Notes: a model not told the origin generated them from the letters alone. Counted from the first letter of the stretch, positions 10,184 to 24,794 are shown. The stretch is 64,000 nt of DNA from an uncultured delta proteobacterium (GCA_963808625.1 CAWEHK010000021.1:64001-128000), one strand, 5' to 3'. Numbers and translations are program-made.

Positions 10184-10354
10184 ATGAAATGTCTCCAGTG
10201 CGAGGAAGATCTGCAGCTGCTCCGGACCTGACGCGAAGTCTACTGGCACTGCCGGGCATGCAGCGCCAACTACCGGCTCAAGGACTTGTGGGAAACCCTT
10301 GGCGACGACCTGGAGGAGTCGCTCGCCCGGTGCCGGGTAGACCTTTTGGGTTAG
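10184..10354 (+). CDS. Small dual-CXXC selenoprotein (56 aa; Sec at codon 16, TGA 10229-10231)
   Basis: MKCLQCEEDLQLLRT-U-REVYWHCRACSANYRLKDLWETLGDDLEESLARCRVDLLG; in-frame TGA between two CxxC motifs, followed by a SECIS-like hairpin; resembles (from memory) the deltaproteobacterial 'dual CXXC motif small (seleno)protein' family. Confidence 0.8.
10244..10268 (+). promoter_or_regulatory. Putative bacterial SECIS hairpin
   Basis: TGGC-A-CTGC / loop CGGGCAT / GCAG-C-GCCA; loop starts 21 nt after UGA. Confidence 0.6.
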
Positions 10355-10439
10355 GAACCGTCGAAGACAAGTATTACAGAACCTGCGGATCATGGGCCGG
10401 CGCATAAAGGCCCACATAGTAGATATTCGAATGTTAGTG

Positions 10440-10490
10440 CTCGACTCCCCAGGGTGGCGTAGCGCTGACCCTGGGATAATTTATATCGAG
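10440..10490. repeat. REP-like palindrome between convergent genes
   Basis: CCCAGGGT...ACCCTGGG core with outer CTCGA...TCGAG. Confidence 0.5.
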
Positions 10491-10602
10491 TTCCTTCAGG
10501 GCAGTGAAGTTAGCTTGATACATATGGGGTTAAACCCCTCCCAAATGTCCAACGATTAGTTATTGGACAATTGCTTGGGAAAGCAGAGAATCTCCAGGTC
10601 TG

Positions 10603-13267
10603 TTATTGCTCAAGCCCTCGCTGCACCAGCCTCCGGGCAAGCTTCAAGGCGTCTGCAAGTTTCTCCGGGCGGGTGCCGCCGGCCTGGGCCATATCGGGCC
10701 GGCCGCCGCCGCTGCCGCCGACTTCCTTGGCGATCTCACCGATCAAACGACCGGCGTGGACTCGTTCCGTCAGGTCCGGAGTGACACCGACGAGCAAGAA
10801 TACCTTTTCTTCTCTAGCGGCGCCAAGAACGATGACACCGCTCTTCAGCCGCTCTTTGAACTGATCGTTCATCTCCCGGAGGACCTTCGGGCTGTCGGCG
10901 TCCACCTCGACAACGAGCACCTTCGCTCCGGCAATCTCTTCCGCCTGTTCCAAAAGGTCTGCCGAGCGCTTGGTCGTCAGTGAAGCCTTGAGCGCTTCGA
11001 GCTCCCGTTCGTGTTCCTTTTGCTGAGCCAGCAGTTTTTCGACCCGTTCGACGACTTCCGCAGGGGCGGCTTTGAGCAGGTTGGCGGTCTGTTGCAGGAG
11101 GCCCTGTTGTTTGCGCAGATAACTCAAGGCGTGGCGGCCCGAGAGCGCTTCGATCCGGCGCACCCCCGCCGCGACGCTGGCCTCCTGAACGATTACAAAC
11201 AAGCCAATGTCTCCGGTCCGATGGGTGTGCGTGCCGCCACACAGCTCTCGACTGAAACCCGGGATTTCGACCAACCGCACCCGATCTCCGTACTTCTCCT
11301 CAAACAGCGCCATGGCCCCGGTCTTCAGCGCCTCTTCGAGATCCATGACCCGCACCGTGAGATCGCGGTTGTTGCGAATCTCGTCATTGACCAGGCGTTC
11401 GATTTCGGCAATTTCGTCCGCGGGTCAGCCCGACAAAATGGGTAAAATCGAACCGTAACCGGTCCGGCGCCACCAGCGACCCCGCCTGCTTGACATGATC
11501 TCCCAGGACCTTGCGCAGCACCGCGTGGAGGATATGGGTTGCGGTATGGTTGAGTTGCGTATCGCGACGAAGCTCCTCATCGACCTTGAGGTGCACCGGA
11601 TCGCCGACGGTGAGCTTGCCTTCCGTCACGATACCCACATGAACAAACAGGTCTCCCGGGAGTTTCAACGTGTCCGAAACCAGCAGCTTCCCGGACGGTC
11701 CGCTGATTTCCCCGCGGTCGCCAACCTGCCCCCCTGCGGCACCATAGAGCGGCGTTTCGGCGGTGATCACCTCAACCTCGGTTCCCGCCTCCGCCCCCGT
11801 CACCAGTTCCCCCTCGCGAACCAGGGCGAGAATGGAAGAATCCGTCTCGAGGCTTTCATATCCGCGAAAAACCGTGGCAATCCCCTGGGCCGAAAGCTGC
11901 CGGTAGGCTTCCGAAATTTCCCGTTCACCGCTCCCTTTCCAGAACATCCGGGATTGCTCTCGCTGCTTGTCCATCAATTCGTTGAAACCGGGTTCATCGA
12001 CCATCAAAGTGAGGTCTCTTGCCATATCGGTGACGATATCAATGGGAAAACCGTAGGTGTCGTAGAGCTTGAAAATAAGGCTGCCCGGGATGGTTTTCGA
12101 GTTTTCATCCTGGAGGCGCTTGATTTCGTTTTGCAGGAGCTTCAGGCCAAAATCGAGGGTGTCGTTGAAGCGTTCTTCCTCGTGCAGGATCACCCGGGTG
12201 ATATAATTCCGGTTTTCCAGGAGCTCCGGGTAGGCATCCTCCATGGCATGCATCACGGCCACGGCAACTTCATTGAGGAAGGGGCGATGCAACCCCAGGA
12301 AGCGCCCATGGCGCAGCGCACGGCGAATCACCCGCCGCAGCACGTAGCCTCGCCCTTCGTTGCTGGGCAGGGCGCCGTCGCCGATCAGAAACGCCGCCGC
12401 CCGGCTGTGGTCGGCGATCACTTTGACCGAAACGTCCTTCTCGGCATGATTGCCGTAGTGGTATCCGCTCAGCTCAGCGATTTTGGCCATCATCGGCACA
12501 AACAGGTCGGTGTCGTAGTTGGACGGGACTTTTTGGATTACGGCTGCGGTCCTTTCGAGGCCCATCCCGGTATCGATGCTCGGCTTGGGCAGAGGCTCCA
12601 TCACCCCGCTCGGCTGCCGATTGAACTGCATGAACACCAGGTTCCACAGTTCGAGATAGCGGTCGCAGTCGCAGCCCGGCCGGCAATCGGGCTGCCCACA
12701 GCCCATCTCCGGCCCCTGATCGATAAGGATTTCAGAGCAAGGGCCGCAGGGGCCGGTGTCGCCCATGGCCCAGAAGTTGTCCTTGGTGGGGAATTGCAGG
12801 ATTCGGTCCGAGGGCAGATAGCGGGCCCAATAGCCTCCCGCCTCTTCATCCGGCCCCAGGTTCATGCCCGCGTCCCCTTCGTGAATGGTGGCATACAGTT
12901 TATCTTTGGGAAGCCCCATGACCTCGGTGAGGAAATCCCAGGCGTACTCGACCGCGTCCTTCTTGAAGTAGTCGCCAAAGGAGAAATTCCCCAGCATCTC
13001 GAAGAACGTGTGGTGCCTGGCGGTGCGTCCCACATTCTCGAGATCGTTATGCTTGCCGCCGGCCCGCATGCATTTTTGACTGGTCGTGGCGCGGTTGTAG
13101 GGACGCCGCTCTTCGCCCAGAAAGGTGCGCTTGAATTGGACCATCCCGGCGTTGGTGAAGAGCAGGCTGGGATCATCGTGAGGAATGACGGAGGAACTCT
13201 TCACGATGGTGTGACCGCGGTCCTGAAAGAAGTCTAAGAATGCTTTGCGGATTTCTCTGGCTTTCAT
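10603..13267 (-). CDS. alaS: Alanine--tRNA ligase (frameshift near 11423, probably a sequencing error)
   Basis: LLFTNAGMVQFK, HHTFFEMLGNFSFGDYFK, NHTATHILH, ELCGGTH, GGGGRPDMAQAGG; an extra base at CTG ACC C GCG GAC splits the ORF. Confidence 0.97.
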
Positions 13268-13295
13268 CAAGCAGGCCTCCTCGAGGTTCTGGAAA

Positions 13296-14333
13296 TCATG
13301 ACTCGCCCGCAACCGCTTGCCCAGAAATTGCGGCGGTTTTCAGGTCGTGAAGCTGGCGGATCTTTTGCTCAATTTCATTAAGGATTTCAGGATGCTCCCG
13401 CATGAAGGTTTTGGCATTTTCACGCCCCTGTCCCAATCTTTCGCCATTATAGGAATACCAGGTCCCGGCCTTATCCACCAGGCTGGCATCCACGGCCAGA
13501 TCCAGGACATCGCCCTCCTTTGAAATGCCGCGACCATAGACAATATCAAACTCCACTTCTCTAAACGGGGGAGCAATCTTATTCTTGACCACTTTCACGC
13601 GGGTTCGATTCCCGATGATATCCTGCCCCTCTTTGATCGGCCCGATGCGGCGAATATCCAGACGCATGGTGGCATAAAATTTGAGCGCATTCCCCCCGGT
13701 CGTGGTTTCCGGCGAGCCATACATTACCCCTATTTTCATCCGGATTTGGTTGATGAAGACGACGCAGGTTTTGGACTTGGAGATGGCGGAGACGAGCTTG
13801 CGCAAGGCCTGGCTCATCAGCCTCGCCTGGAGGCCCACATGGGGATCGCCCATTTCTCCTTCAATTTCCGCCTTCGGGACCAGGGCGGCCACCGAATCGA
13901 TCACGATGACATCAATGGCGTTGCTGCGCACCAGGATTTCGGCAATCTCGAGGGCCTGTTCGCCATAATCCGGCTGGCTGATCAGCAGGTCCTCCGCAAG
14001 CACGCCCACCTTGCGAGCGTAATTCAGATCGAGAGCGTGTTCCGCATCCACAAACGCCGCCAGGCCGCCGCGCTTCTGCGCTTCGGCGATGATATGCAGG
14101 GCGAGCGTGGTCTTCCCCGAAGACTCCGGCCCGAAAATCTCGACGATGCGCCCTCGCGCTACCCCCCCGATCCCCAACGCCAGGTCCAGAGAGAGACATC
14201 CGGTCGAAATGACCGGGATTTCTACCGGCTGGGCGCCTTCTCCCAGGCGCATGATAGCGCCTTTTCCGCACAATCGCTCAATCTGTGATACCGCTACATC
14301 GATGGCCTTTTGACGTTCATCTACGGATGCCAT
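13296..14333 (-). CDS. recA: Recombinase RecA
   Basis: [32 protein letters not shown]. Confidence 0.99.
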   Translation of the reverse strand: MASVDERQKAIDVAVSQIERLCGKGAIMRLGEGAQPVEIPVISTGCLSLDLALGIGGVARGRIVEIFGPESSGKTTLALHIIAEAQKRGGLAAFVDAEHALDLNYARKVGVLAEDLLISQPDYGEQALEIAEILVRSNAIDVIVIDSVAALVPKAEIEGEMGDPHVGLQARLMSQALRKLVSAISKSKTCVVFINQIRMKIGVMYGSPETTTGGNALKFYATMRLDIRRIGPIKEGQDIIGNRTRVKVVKNKIAPPFREVEFDIVYGRGISKEGDVLDLAVDASLVDKAGTWYSYNGERLGQGRENAKTFMREHPEILNEIEQKIRQLHDLKTAAISGQAVAGES

Positions 14334-14380
14334 AGCTAATTTCCAATCTCTCCCGGCGACCACTAAACGGGGTGCACCGA

Positions 14381-14947
14381 TCATTCGCGGTTAAGGGTTT
14401 TCCGAAAAAGAGGAGTGTAACGGGCGCCTTCCGGTCTCAGCTCACTCTTATACAACACCAGTTCCGTGACGTCAAAAGCTTCCGCTTCGAAGGCCTGACG
14501 AGCGATAAGCAGCTCCTGCAACGACCGCAGATGCTGCCTGCCTCTTACTCGCCCTACGGTAAGATGCGGCCTGAAGGGTCGGTCCTCCCCTTTGAAACCC
14601 AGCTCAGCCATGGCCTCTTCCACAGCCTGCTGCAACTGGTTCAGTACCCCTTCATCGCTCTTCAGCCCGACCCAGATGACCCGCATCTGTTTTACCGACG
14701 GAAAGGCGCCACAGCCCGAGGGCTGGAGCTGAAAGGGCGACGCCGTCGCGGCAGCTCTGGCGAGGTTTTTCTGGATTTCAGAAATCCGTTCCGGGGCGAC
14801 ATCTCCGAGGAACTTCAGGGTAAGATGAATGCGCTCGGGTTTCACCCAGGTAACAGGGGCCTGCGCTTTTTGAAGCTCTTGTTCAAAGCTCGCCAGTGCT
14901 TCCTGGATAGCAGGCGGAAGATCTATGGCAACGAAGGTCCGAAGCAT
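14381..14947 (-). CDS. thpR: RNA 2',3'-cyclic phosphodiesterase (2H family)
   Basis: [18 protein letters not shown] and PHLTVGR motifs; position between cinA and recA. Confidence 0.95.
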   Translation of the reverse strand: MLRTFVAIDLPPAIQEALASFEQELQKAQAPVTWVKPERIHLTLKFLGDVAPERISEIQKNLARAAATASPFQLQPSGCGAFPSVKQMRVIWVGLKSDEGVLNQLQQAVEEAMAELGFKGEDRPFRPHLTVGRVRGRQHLRSLQELLIARQAFEAEAFDVTELVLYKSELRPEGARYTPLFRKTLNRE

Positions 14948-14948
14948 C

Positions 14949-16196
14949 TTATAAGTGCCTCCAGAGCATGATGAGCGCCGCCTGGGCAGCACGTTCCTGC
15001 ACCAGCTCACGATCTCCGGTGAAGTGATGCTTTGCGACTTCGATCCGGTTTGGGGTTGCGCAAGCGATAAAAACCGTACCCACCGGTTTTTCTTCCGTAC
15101 CGCCCGTGGGCCCGGCAATTCCGGTTATGGCCAGCGCGGTTTCGACGCCGGCCCCCTCGCGAAGGCCCCGAACCATGGCCAGCGCCACCTCTTCGCTGAC
15201 CGCCCCGAAAGCGGCGATCTGATCCGGCGGGACCTGCAGTAATTCTTCTTTAGCCGCATTGCTGTAGGTGACCAAACCCCGGTCAAAATAGTCCGAAGCC
15301 CCTGAAATGGCGGTTATTTTCCTCGCCACCAGGCCCCCGGTGCACGACTCGGCAACGGCCAGCCGCCAGCCCCTTGCCCTCAGGTTTTCACCAATGACCT
15401 TTTCCAGCGTTTCCTGGTTTCGTCCGATTACATGCTCGGGGCCAATCAGGGCGATGATTTTCGCTTCGAGCTCTGCGATGCGCGTTCGAGCTATCTGCTC
15501 ACTTTCCGCAGTGGCCAGGAACGTCAATCTGACCTCGGCATCATGAGGCAGATAGCCGATCTCGACCCCGGCACTTTCGGTCCTGAGGGCCACCAGGAGC
15601 CGGTTCAGATCAGACTCGTAATAGCCATGGAGGCGGAGGATTTGTTTTACCGCCACGAGACGTTCTGGAAACCACTTTTCCAGACCCGGAATGACCAATT
15701 CTCTGAGCAGGGTTTTCATCTCATGGGGCACGCCGGGGAGAAAATAGCAGGGCACCTTTTCATGCTCGAGGAAGTATCCGGCCATCCCAAGTCCGAGCTT
15801 AACCGCCCCCTGGGGCACCTGAGCCATTTTTGCAATGGGTTCGGTCCATGGCCGCCCCTGCTTTGCCAGGCGTTCTTTAAGCCATTGCGTATAACCGGGT
15901 TCAGGGACCAAGTTCCGCTCGAATGCGCGCGAGACAGCGGCATTGGTGCGATCATCGTCGGTCGGGCCGAGGCCCCCCGTTACGATCAGAAACTGCGACT
16001 CCCGATGGCACTGGGAGAGGGCCTTGACGATCTCCTCCTCGTCATCCCCGATGGTCAGCATCCGCTCCAGCCGGAAACCTTTTGCGCGGAGCTCGACGGC
16101 GATATGGTGGGCATTGCCGTTGGCTATGTCCCCGAAGAGAATTTCATCTCCAATCGTTACGAGTGAACCCGCAACGGTTCTCAGTCGTTCTGTCAT
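14949..16196 (-). CDS. cinA: CinA family competence/damage-inducible protein (NMN deamidase)
   Basis: IGDEIL.G, TGGLGPTDDD, AESCTGG, TGIAGPTGG. Confidence 0.95.
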   Translation of the reverse strand: MTERLRTVAGSLVTIGDEILFGDIANGNAHHIAVELRAKGFRLERMLTIGDDEEEIVKALSQCHRESQFLIVTGGLGPTDDDRTNAAVSRAFERNLVPEPGYTQWLKERLAKQGRPWTEPIAKMAQVPQGAVKLGLGMAGYFLEHEKVPCYFLPGVPHEMKTLLRELVIPGLEKWFPERLVAVKQILRLHGYYESDLNRLLVALRTESAGVEIGYLPHDAEVRLTFLATAESEQIARTRIAELEAKIIALIGPEHVIGRNQETLEKVIGENLRARGWRLAVAESCTGGLVARKITAISGASDYFDRGLVTYSNAAKEELLQVPPDQIAAFGAVSEEVALAMVRGLREGAGVETALAITGIAGPTGGTEEKPVGTVFIACATPNRIEVAKHHFTGDRELVQERAAQAALIMLWRHL

Positions 16197-16221
16197 AAGG
16201 TTTCCTCGCGGTCCTCGCTTC

Positions 16222-17388
16222 CTATGCCTGCCTCACTGAAAAGAGGATTTCCTCATATACTTTGCGAATCGGCATCCGCTGATCCCTGGCAATCCGTCGG
16301 CAGGCCTCGTACTCAGGGATCATGCGCTGCTCTCCGCCCGGCAAAGAAACGCATTTGACCTGACATGGTCCATAAGGCGTCTCGATCACCTCCAGTTTGC
16401 GGTTGAGTTCAGCGCGCCTGACCTCCTGGATGCGCACTCCCAGGGTCGTCGTTTCGCGGAAGATCAGTTCGAGCACACTCGTTTGCAGTGCCGGCTCGAT
16501 CAGGACACTAAGCAATACCCCGGGACGATTCTTTTTCATCTGAATGGACGCAAGGCTGACGTCCAACGCTCCGAGCGCGAATAATTGCTCCAGAACATAC
16601 CCGTAGAATTCCGGATTCATGTCATCGATGTTCGTTTCCAGAAAAGAGGAGGGATTTATAGCGAAAAGCATTCCCTGATCTCCCGATAAGCACTCGGAGC
16701 AGGTTCGGGGGATCTGAGGCCGGGTCGCTGCCGACGCCGTACCCTGATCCAAGGAGCGTCATTTCCGGTACGGCACCGTAGCCGTCAGCCAGGGAAGCCA
16801 GAATTGCCGCTCCCGTCGGCGTCACCAGTTCCCGTTCGAGATCAGTCCCATAAACGGGGATTGATTCCAAAAGCGCTACCGTCGCAGGAGCAGGAAGGGG
16901 AAGCAAACCGTGATGAGTCTTCACGAACCCTCGCCCGAGGGGAAGAGGCGACGCGACTATCTTGGCAATACCTAGATAGTCAAGGCCGATAACGGTGCCG
17001 GCCACATCCAGGATGGAATCGACTGCTCCTACCTCGTGAAAATGAACTTCCGCAACCGGCACGTTGTGGACGCGGGACTCCGCCCGTGGCGAGTTTCTCG
17101 AAAATGCGCAGAATTTTGTCCTGAATCTTCTCCTCCAGCTTGCTCTGCCGGATCATCTCCTGAATGTCCCCAAAATGGCGGTGGGGCTGCTCGTCGATCT
17201 CAATGACGACGCGCGTCCCGCTAATAAGCCCCCGCTGTTCTTTCGCGCTCACGGATCGTATACCCGGAAACGGGGATCTTCCTCAATTCATGCAGCAGCA
17301 CCTCACCGGGCACCCCAAGATCCAGCAAAGCTCCCAACACCATATCCCCACTGATGCCGGAAAAACAGTCAAAGTAAGCTATTTTCAT
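16222..17388 (-). CDS. larC: Nickel-pincer cofactor biosynthesis protein LarC (three apparent frameshifts, near 17250, 17085 and 16660)
   Basis: [62 protein letters not shown] spread over four ORF fragments. Confidence 0.9.
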
Positions 17389-17399
17389 AACTTCTTCAC

Positions 17400-18063
17400 T
17401 CATGGCCTAACCTCCAACATATCAATCAGATCCATGGGCCGACCAGTCAGGGCCCTCGCCCCACCCGCAAGGAGCTCCTCGCCAGTTCGAAAACCCCAAA
17501 GCGCTCCTGCGGGAAACATTCCCGCTGCTACAGCGGTCTTCATATCCACCGCACTATCTCCCAGATAGATGAACTCGCCAGCGGGAAGATGTAGCCGGTC
17601 GGCAATCTCCAGGGCCGCCGCCGGGTCGGGTTTTGCCGGGACCTCGTCACGCTGGCCGATAACCACATCAAATTTCCACCTCGACAGCAACTCCCTCACG
17701 GACTTCTTGGTCAGGTCATCCCGCTTGTTCGACAGGACCGCCAACTTGAGACCTCGCTCGGCAAGCGCATCCAGCATGGCGGGAACCCCCTCATACGGCT
17801 TCGTCTTTACCATCCAATTTTGCCCATAGTCACGGAGAAATGCTTCCAGGCAGGAGCGAACCGTCCCTGTCATCCCGCCGGTTTTCGGGCAACGCACGCA
17901 TCACGAGCATCAAGGACCCATTGCCGACAAAATAACGATAGGCATCCAGATCATGCGTGGGAAAATCGTTTGCCCTGAGAACGCGGTTCACGGCGTCGGC
18001 CAGGTCATCCAAAGTATTGAGCAGCGTACCATCAAGATCAAAGAGAACAGCTTTGGCGGACAT
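17400..18063 (-). CDS. HAD-family hydrolase, phosphoglycolate phosphatase-like (frameshift near 17865)
   Basis: FDLDGTL, SNK, KPDP, GDSAVDM motifs. Confidence 0.88.
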
Positions 18064-18099
18064 GTTCGGGGTCCCTGATTGATTAAAACCGGATATGTT

Positions 18100-18270
18100 C
18101 CTGTCGATAGGTTGTGCACATCTTGTCGGCAAGAGCACCAGATCTTTGCAGGTGTCTCGGATTTGGTAGCTTAATGTGCGCCGACTGTTACAGTTTATCC
18201 ATAAAAAAAACAACTATTTGACATTTTTTTTGACATTTGAACAGGCCTTTATTATGATTTTTATCTTTAA
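18100..18270. promoter_or_regulatory. AT-rich divergent promoter region upstream of dnaN with imperfect DnaA boxes
   Basis: TTATCCATA (18195-18203) and TTGTGCACA (18112-18120), each one mismatch from TTWTNCACA; repeated TTGACA; T/A runs. Confidence 0.4.
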
Positions 18271-18317
18271 TGAGAATGATCTTAATAAAACATTCCTTTC
18301 AACCAGGGACTCCGACT

Positions 18318-19427
18318 ATGAAAATCTCGGTGGAAACCGCGCTGCTCACCGGCGTACTGCAAAAAGTACTCAATATCACTGACAAAAGGACCAACATCCC
18401 GATCCTCTCGAATACCCTGATCAGGGCCACCGACCACAATGCGATCGAAGTTTTCGCAACAGACCTGGAAATCAGCCTTCGAACGGAAGTTGGCGCACAG
18501 ATAGAGTCCACGGGCACGACCACCGTTTCTGCGCGAAAGCTTTTGGAAGTGGTCCGTGAGCTGCCATACGAACGCATCATCCTCGAAGACCTTCCGGCCA
18601 GCAGGCTCCAGGTACTTGCCGGCCGTGCCCGGTTTGAGCTGCAAACCATCCCGGCCGAGGATTTCCCGCATCTGAATTTTCACGAAGGAACGGAGTTCGC
18701 CCGGTGCGATGCGTCCCTGCTGCGGAAATCCTTGAGCAAGACGCTCTATGGCGTGCCCACGGAAGAAGATCATTTCAGCGTTGCCGGTCTTTATTGGCAC
18801 TCTGTGGCGCCCAATCAACTGCGTTTTGTGTCCTGCGACGGACACCGGTTGGCCTATTTCCAGGTCCCGGAAGAATCCTTTCCCGGTCTGGAACTTACGA
18901 AGGGGATAATCATTCCTCGTAAAGGAGTTCAGGAAATCATCCGGGTCCTGGAGAAAGAAAACGACGCCGCTCTTTCCATTGACGAAAACTGCCTGATCCT
19001 TAAAACCCCCGGAACGGTCCTAAGCGTCCAGTTGCTGGATGCCGAGTTTCCAGAATATCAAGTAATCATACCCGAAGAAAGACCTTTCTCCCTGGAGCTT
19101 GATAAGGAGGCCTTTTTCTCTGCCCTCAAACGCATGGCAGTGCTGACCGATGTTCGTTGGCGTCATGTACGCTTCGGCGTTCGGGAAAACATGTTGCAGT
19201 TGGAGGCGGGAAACCCGGACATCGGTAATGCCGATGACGCACTCGATGTTGCCTATCAGGGTGAGGACTTCACGGTCGCCTTCAATGTCAGGTATGTCAT
19301 GGACAGCATGCAGAGCATCGACAGTGAGAAGATTCGTTTCGAATGGTTGGATGCCTTTCATGGAGGCGTTTTTGTCGGCCAGGATGATCCCAATTACTTC
19401 AGTTTGGTCATGCCCATGATCGTCTGA
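18318..19427 (+). CDS. dnaN: DNA polymerase III beta clamp
   Basis: PILSN, ATDLEI, SCDGHRL, FPEYQVIIP, AFNVRY, VMPM C-terminus. Confidence 0.97.
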   Translation: MKISVETALLTGVLQKVLNITDKRTNIPILSNTLIRATDHNAIEVFATDLEISLRTEVGAQIESTGTTTVSARKLLEVVRELPYERIILEDLPASRLQVLAGRARFELQTIPAEDFPHLNFHEGTEFARCDASLLRKSLSKTLYGVPTEEDHFSVAGLYWHSVAPNQLRFVSCDGHRLAYFQVPEESFPGLELTKGIIIPRKGVQEIIRVLEKENDAALSIDENCLILKTPGTVLSVQLLDAEFPEYQVIIPEERPFSLELDKEAFFSALKRMAVLTDVRWRHVRFGVRENMLQLEAGNPDIGNADDALDVAYQGEDFTVAFNVRYVMDSMQSIDSEKIRFEWLDAFHGGVFVGQDDPNYFSLVMPMIV

Positions 19428-19761
19428 TCAGGCTTTTCAAAGAGTCATCTTGGTAATCCCTGATTGTTGTTTGGGTATTTTGGCCCATGGCTCCTCCCCT
19501 AAAATGCCTGTCGAAGATGATTGCGGCCGGTATCCCGTCCCCATCCCCCATCCAAAGTGGTTTTGCCAGCGCCGGTAACGGAGCTGGTTGAACAATGCTT
19601 CGGGAGAACTTGGCGAGTCGCCTGAAAAGCGATTGAAAAACCGACAAAAATAGACTATATTGGCGTTTTAAAAGACAAATTTGGAAATTTCCATGGCCGA
19701 AAGGGTCCTTCTTTTGACACCAGTTCATAACGGAAAGCCAAGTATAGTGAGTTCAGCATAG

Positions 19762-22203
<2,442 letters not shown>

Positions 22204-22251
22204 TCGCATCTCTAATAATTTTTCAGACAATAAATTTCAGAAAATTGCTCA

Positions 22252-22311
22252 TGTGTGGCAGGCTTTCCAGCCTGCCTGAGCGTAGTGGCAGGCTGGAAAG
22301 CCTGCCACACA
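22252..22311. repeat. REP-like 25-bp perfect inverted repeat (GTGGCAGGCTTTCCAGCCTGCC family)
   Basis: TGTGTGGCAGGCTTTCCAGCCTGCC - 10 nt - GGCAGGCTGGAAAGCCTGCCACACA; the same core recurs at 55253-55323. Confidence 0.85.
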
Positions 22312-22358
22312 GATTTTGAAACTATTTTTCTGAACATCTATAACTTCCTCTGAGGAAC

Positions 22359-24794
22359 ATGGTAATGGACCAGAAAACGATCAATATCGAAGATGAGATC
22401 AAGCTTTCTTATCTCGATTACGCAATGAGCGTCATCATTGGAAGGGCTATTCCCGACGTGCGGGATGGTTTGAAACCGGTACACCGGCGCATCCTTTTTG
22501 CGATGCATGAACTGCGCAATGATTTCAATAAGCCTTACAAAAAATCCGCGCGCATCGTCGGGGATGTCATCGGTAAGTATCATCCTCATGGCGATATCGC
22601 TGTGTATGACGCTCTGGTGCGCATGGCTCAAAGTTTTTCGATGCGCTATCCCCTGATTGATGGGCAGGGGAATTTTGGGTCAGTGGACGGGGACCCTCCT
22701 GCGGCCATGCGTTACACTGAAATCCGCATGCATCGGCTCGGGCACGAATTCATGCGGGACATCGAAAAGGAAACCGTTGCTTTTCAGCCCAATTACGACA
22801 ACACTATTTTAGAACCGCTGGTGCTGCCGACAAGGGTCCCCAACCTCCTCTTGAACGGCTCTTCCGGAATCGCTGTCGGCATGGCGACCAACATTCCTCC
22901 TCACAATCTACGGGAACTGTGCGAAGGTCTTCTCGCCCTTCTCGACCAGCCCGAAATCACGATAACCGGGCTCATGCGCTACATTCTGGGACCTGACTTT
23001 CCCACCGCCGGCTTCATCTGCGGATGTGGAGGAATCAGAGACGCTTATCAGACGGGTCGTGGCATCATCAAGATGCGGGCTCGCGTTGAAGTCGAGGAAT
23101 CCGGGCGGAAAAGCCACCTGATCGTCACCGAACTTCCTTACCAGGTGAATAAAGCGAGACTTCTGGAACGCATCGCCGAGCTCGTCAAGCAGAAGAAGAT
23201 CGAAGGCATCCAGGACATTCGCGACGAATCCGACCGGGAGGGCATGAGAATCGTCCTGACCCTGCGCCAAGGGGATGAGCCCAAGGTGGTTGAGAACCAG
23301 CTTTACAAGCATACCCCATTGGAGACCAGCTTCGGGGTCATCTTGCTCGCCGTGGTGGACAACCGGCCCGAAGTTCTCAATCTCAAGGATGTGCTTCAGA
23401 AGTTTCTTGACTTCAGGCGTCAGGTGGTCGTCAAACGCACCCAGTTTGAACTCAGCCAGGCGGAAAAACGGGCGCACATTTTGGAAGGCCTGAAGCGAGC
23501 GCTGGATCATCTGGATGAAGTGATCCAGTTGATCCGTGCTGCGACAAGTCCTCAGGAAGCCAAAGCGCAACTTGTGCAACGGTTCGAATTCAGCGAAGAA
23601 CAGGCGCAAGCGATCCTGGAGATGCGTTTGCAGCGTTTGACGGGTCTCGAACGGGATAAAATCGTCGAGGAATACTACCAAATTCTAAAAGAGATCGAAC
23701 GGCTGCGCCAGATCCTGGGATCTGCAGCCATGGTGGATCAGGTCATTCGCGAGGAGATCCAGGAATTAACGGCTCAATACGGGGATGTGCGGAAGACGGA
23801 AATCATCGCGGAAGCGGAAGATATCTGTATCCAGGACCTGATTGCCAACGAAGAAATGGTTGTGACCATCTCTCAGGCAGGTTATGTGAAGCGCACCCCT
23901 CTCGTCATTTATCGCAGTCAGAAAAGAGGCGGCAGGGGAAGGAGCGGGATGAGCACCCGCGAAGAGGATGTGGTCACGACAGTTTTTACGGCTTCCGCCC
24001 ATGACTACCTGCTGGTGTTTACCAATCGAGGACAGGTCTTCTGGCTGAAAGTATATGAGATTCCCGAGGTGGGTCCGTCAGCTCTGGGAAAGGCGATCGT
24101 CAATCTGCTGGCACTGCAGCCGGGTGAAAAAGTTGAAGCAATCCTGCCGGTGAAAGATTTTACAGATGGGCAATACATCATCATGGTGACGAGAAATGGC
24201 GTCGTCAAGAAAACGGAGCTGACCGCTTATGCCAATCCACGCTCAAACGGCATTCGAGCGATTGTGCTGGATGATGACGATGAACTGATTGCGGTGCGGA
24301 TCACCGATGGGGACCGAGACCTTTTCCTGATGAGCAAGTTCGGGAAGTGCATCCGTGTTTCTGAAAAAGAATTCCGACCGCTGGGACGAGTGAGTCGCGG
24401 TATCCGTGGGATGCGCCTTGATGGCAGCGAACTGGTGGGGATGGATGTCATCGATGCCGGCAAATGCATTCTGGTTATCACCGAAAAGGGCTTTGGAAAG
24501 CGCACTCCCGAAGACGCCTACCGATGTCAAAGTCGGGGTGGGAAAGGGGTATTGAATATTCGGGTTACCGAAAGGAATGGTCACGTTGTGGGTTTTCGCC
24601 AGGTCGGCGAAGAGGAGGAGGTCCTGATTATCACCAACCGGGGCCGCCTGATCCGTATCCCCGCGGCACAGGTGAGTAAAATCGGGCGGGTTACGCAGGG
24701 TGTGAAACTGATGGGCTTGGATGAGGACGAGCAGGTAGTGGATTTGACGGTCTCAGCGGAACCCGAGGACGTGAAGGAGGAGGCCGAGAACTAA
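22359..24794 (+). CDS. gyrA: DNA gyrase subunit A
   Basis: [22 protein letters not shown], GyrA-box QKRGGRG. Confidence 0.99.
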   Translation: MVMDQKTINIEDEIKLSYLDYAMSVIIGRAIPDVRDGLKPVHRRILFAMHELRNDFNKPYKKSARIVGDVIGKYHPHGDIAVYDALVRMAQSFSMRYPLIDGQGNFGSVDGDPPAAMRYTEIRMHRLGHEFMRDIEKETVAFQPNYDNTILEPLVLPTRVPNLLLNGSSGIAVGMATNIPPHNLRELCEGLLALLDQPEITITGLMRYILGPDFPTAGFICGCGGIRDAYQTGRGIIKMRARVEVEESGRKSHLIVTELPYQVNKARLLERIAELVKQKKIEGIQDIRDESDREGMRIVLTLRQGDEPKVVENQLYKHTPLETSFGVILLAVVDNRPEVLNLKDVLQKFLDFRRQVVVKRTQFELSQAEKRAHILEGLKRALDHLDEVIQLIRAATSPQEAKAQLVQRFEFSEEQAQAILEMRLQRLTGLERDKIVEEYYQILKEIERLRQILGSAAMVDQVIREEIQELTAQYGDVRKTEIIAEAEDICIQDLIANEEMVVTISQAGYVKRTPLVIYRSQKRGGRGRSGMSTREEDVVTTVFTASAHDYLLVFTNRGQVFWLKVYEIPEVGPSALGKAIVNLLALQPGEKVEAILPVKDFTDGQYIIMVTRNGVVKKTELTAYANPRSNGIRAIVLDDDDELIAVRITDGDRDLFLMSKFGKCIRVSEKEFRPLGRVSRGIRGMRLDGSELVGMDVIDAGKCILVITEKGFGKRTPEDAYRCQSRGGKGVLNIRVTERNGHVVGFRQVGEEEEVLIITNRGRLIRIPAAQVSKIGRVTQGVKLMGLDEDEQVVDLTVSAEPEDVKEEAEN

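Noticed and set aside
10075..10417. ORFs 10075..10407 (+) and 10091..10417 (-) from the track
   Set aside because: No recognisable motifs; better explained as shadows of the UGA-containing dual-CXXC gene at 10184..10354.
11495..13237. Long antisense ORFs opposite alaS (and similarly opposite leuS, trpB, trpD and the GlpC-like gene)
   Set aside because: Typical shadow ORFs from GC-rich codon bias opposite well-supported genes.
10603..13267. Programmed frameshifting or pseudogenisation of alaS
   Set aside because: Essential gene, no slippery heptamer, and similar indels occur throughout the window.
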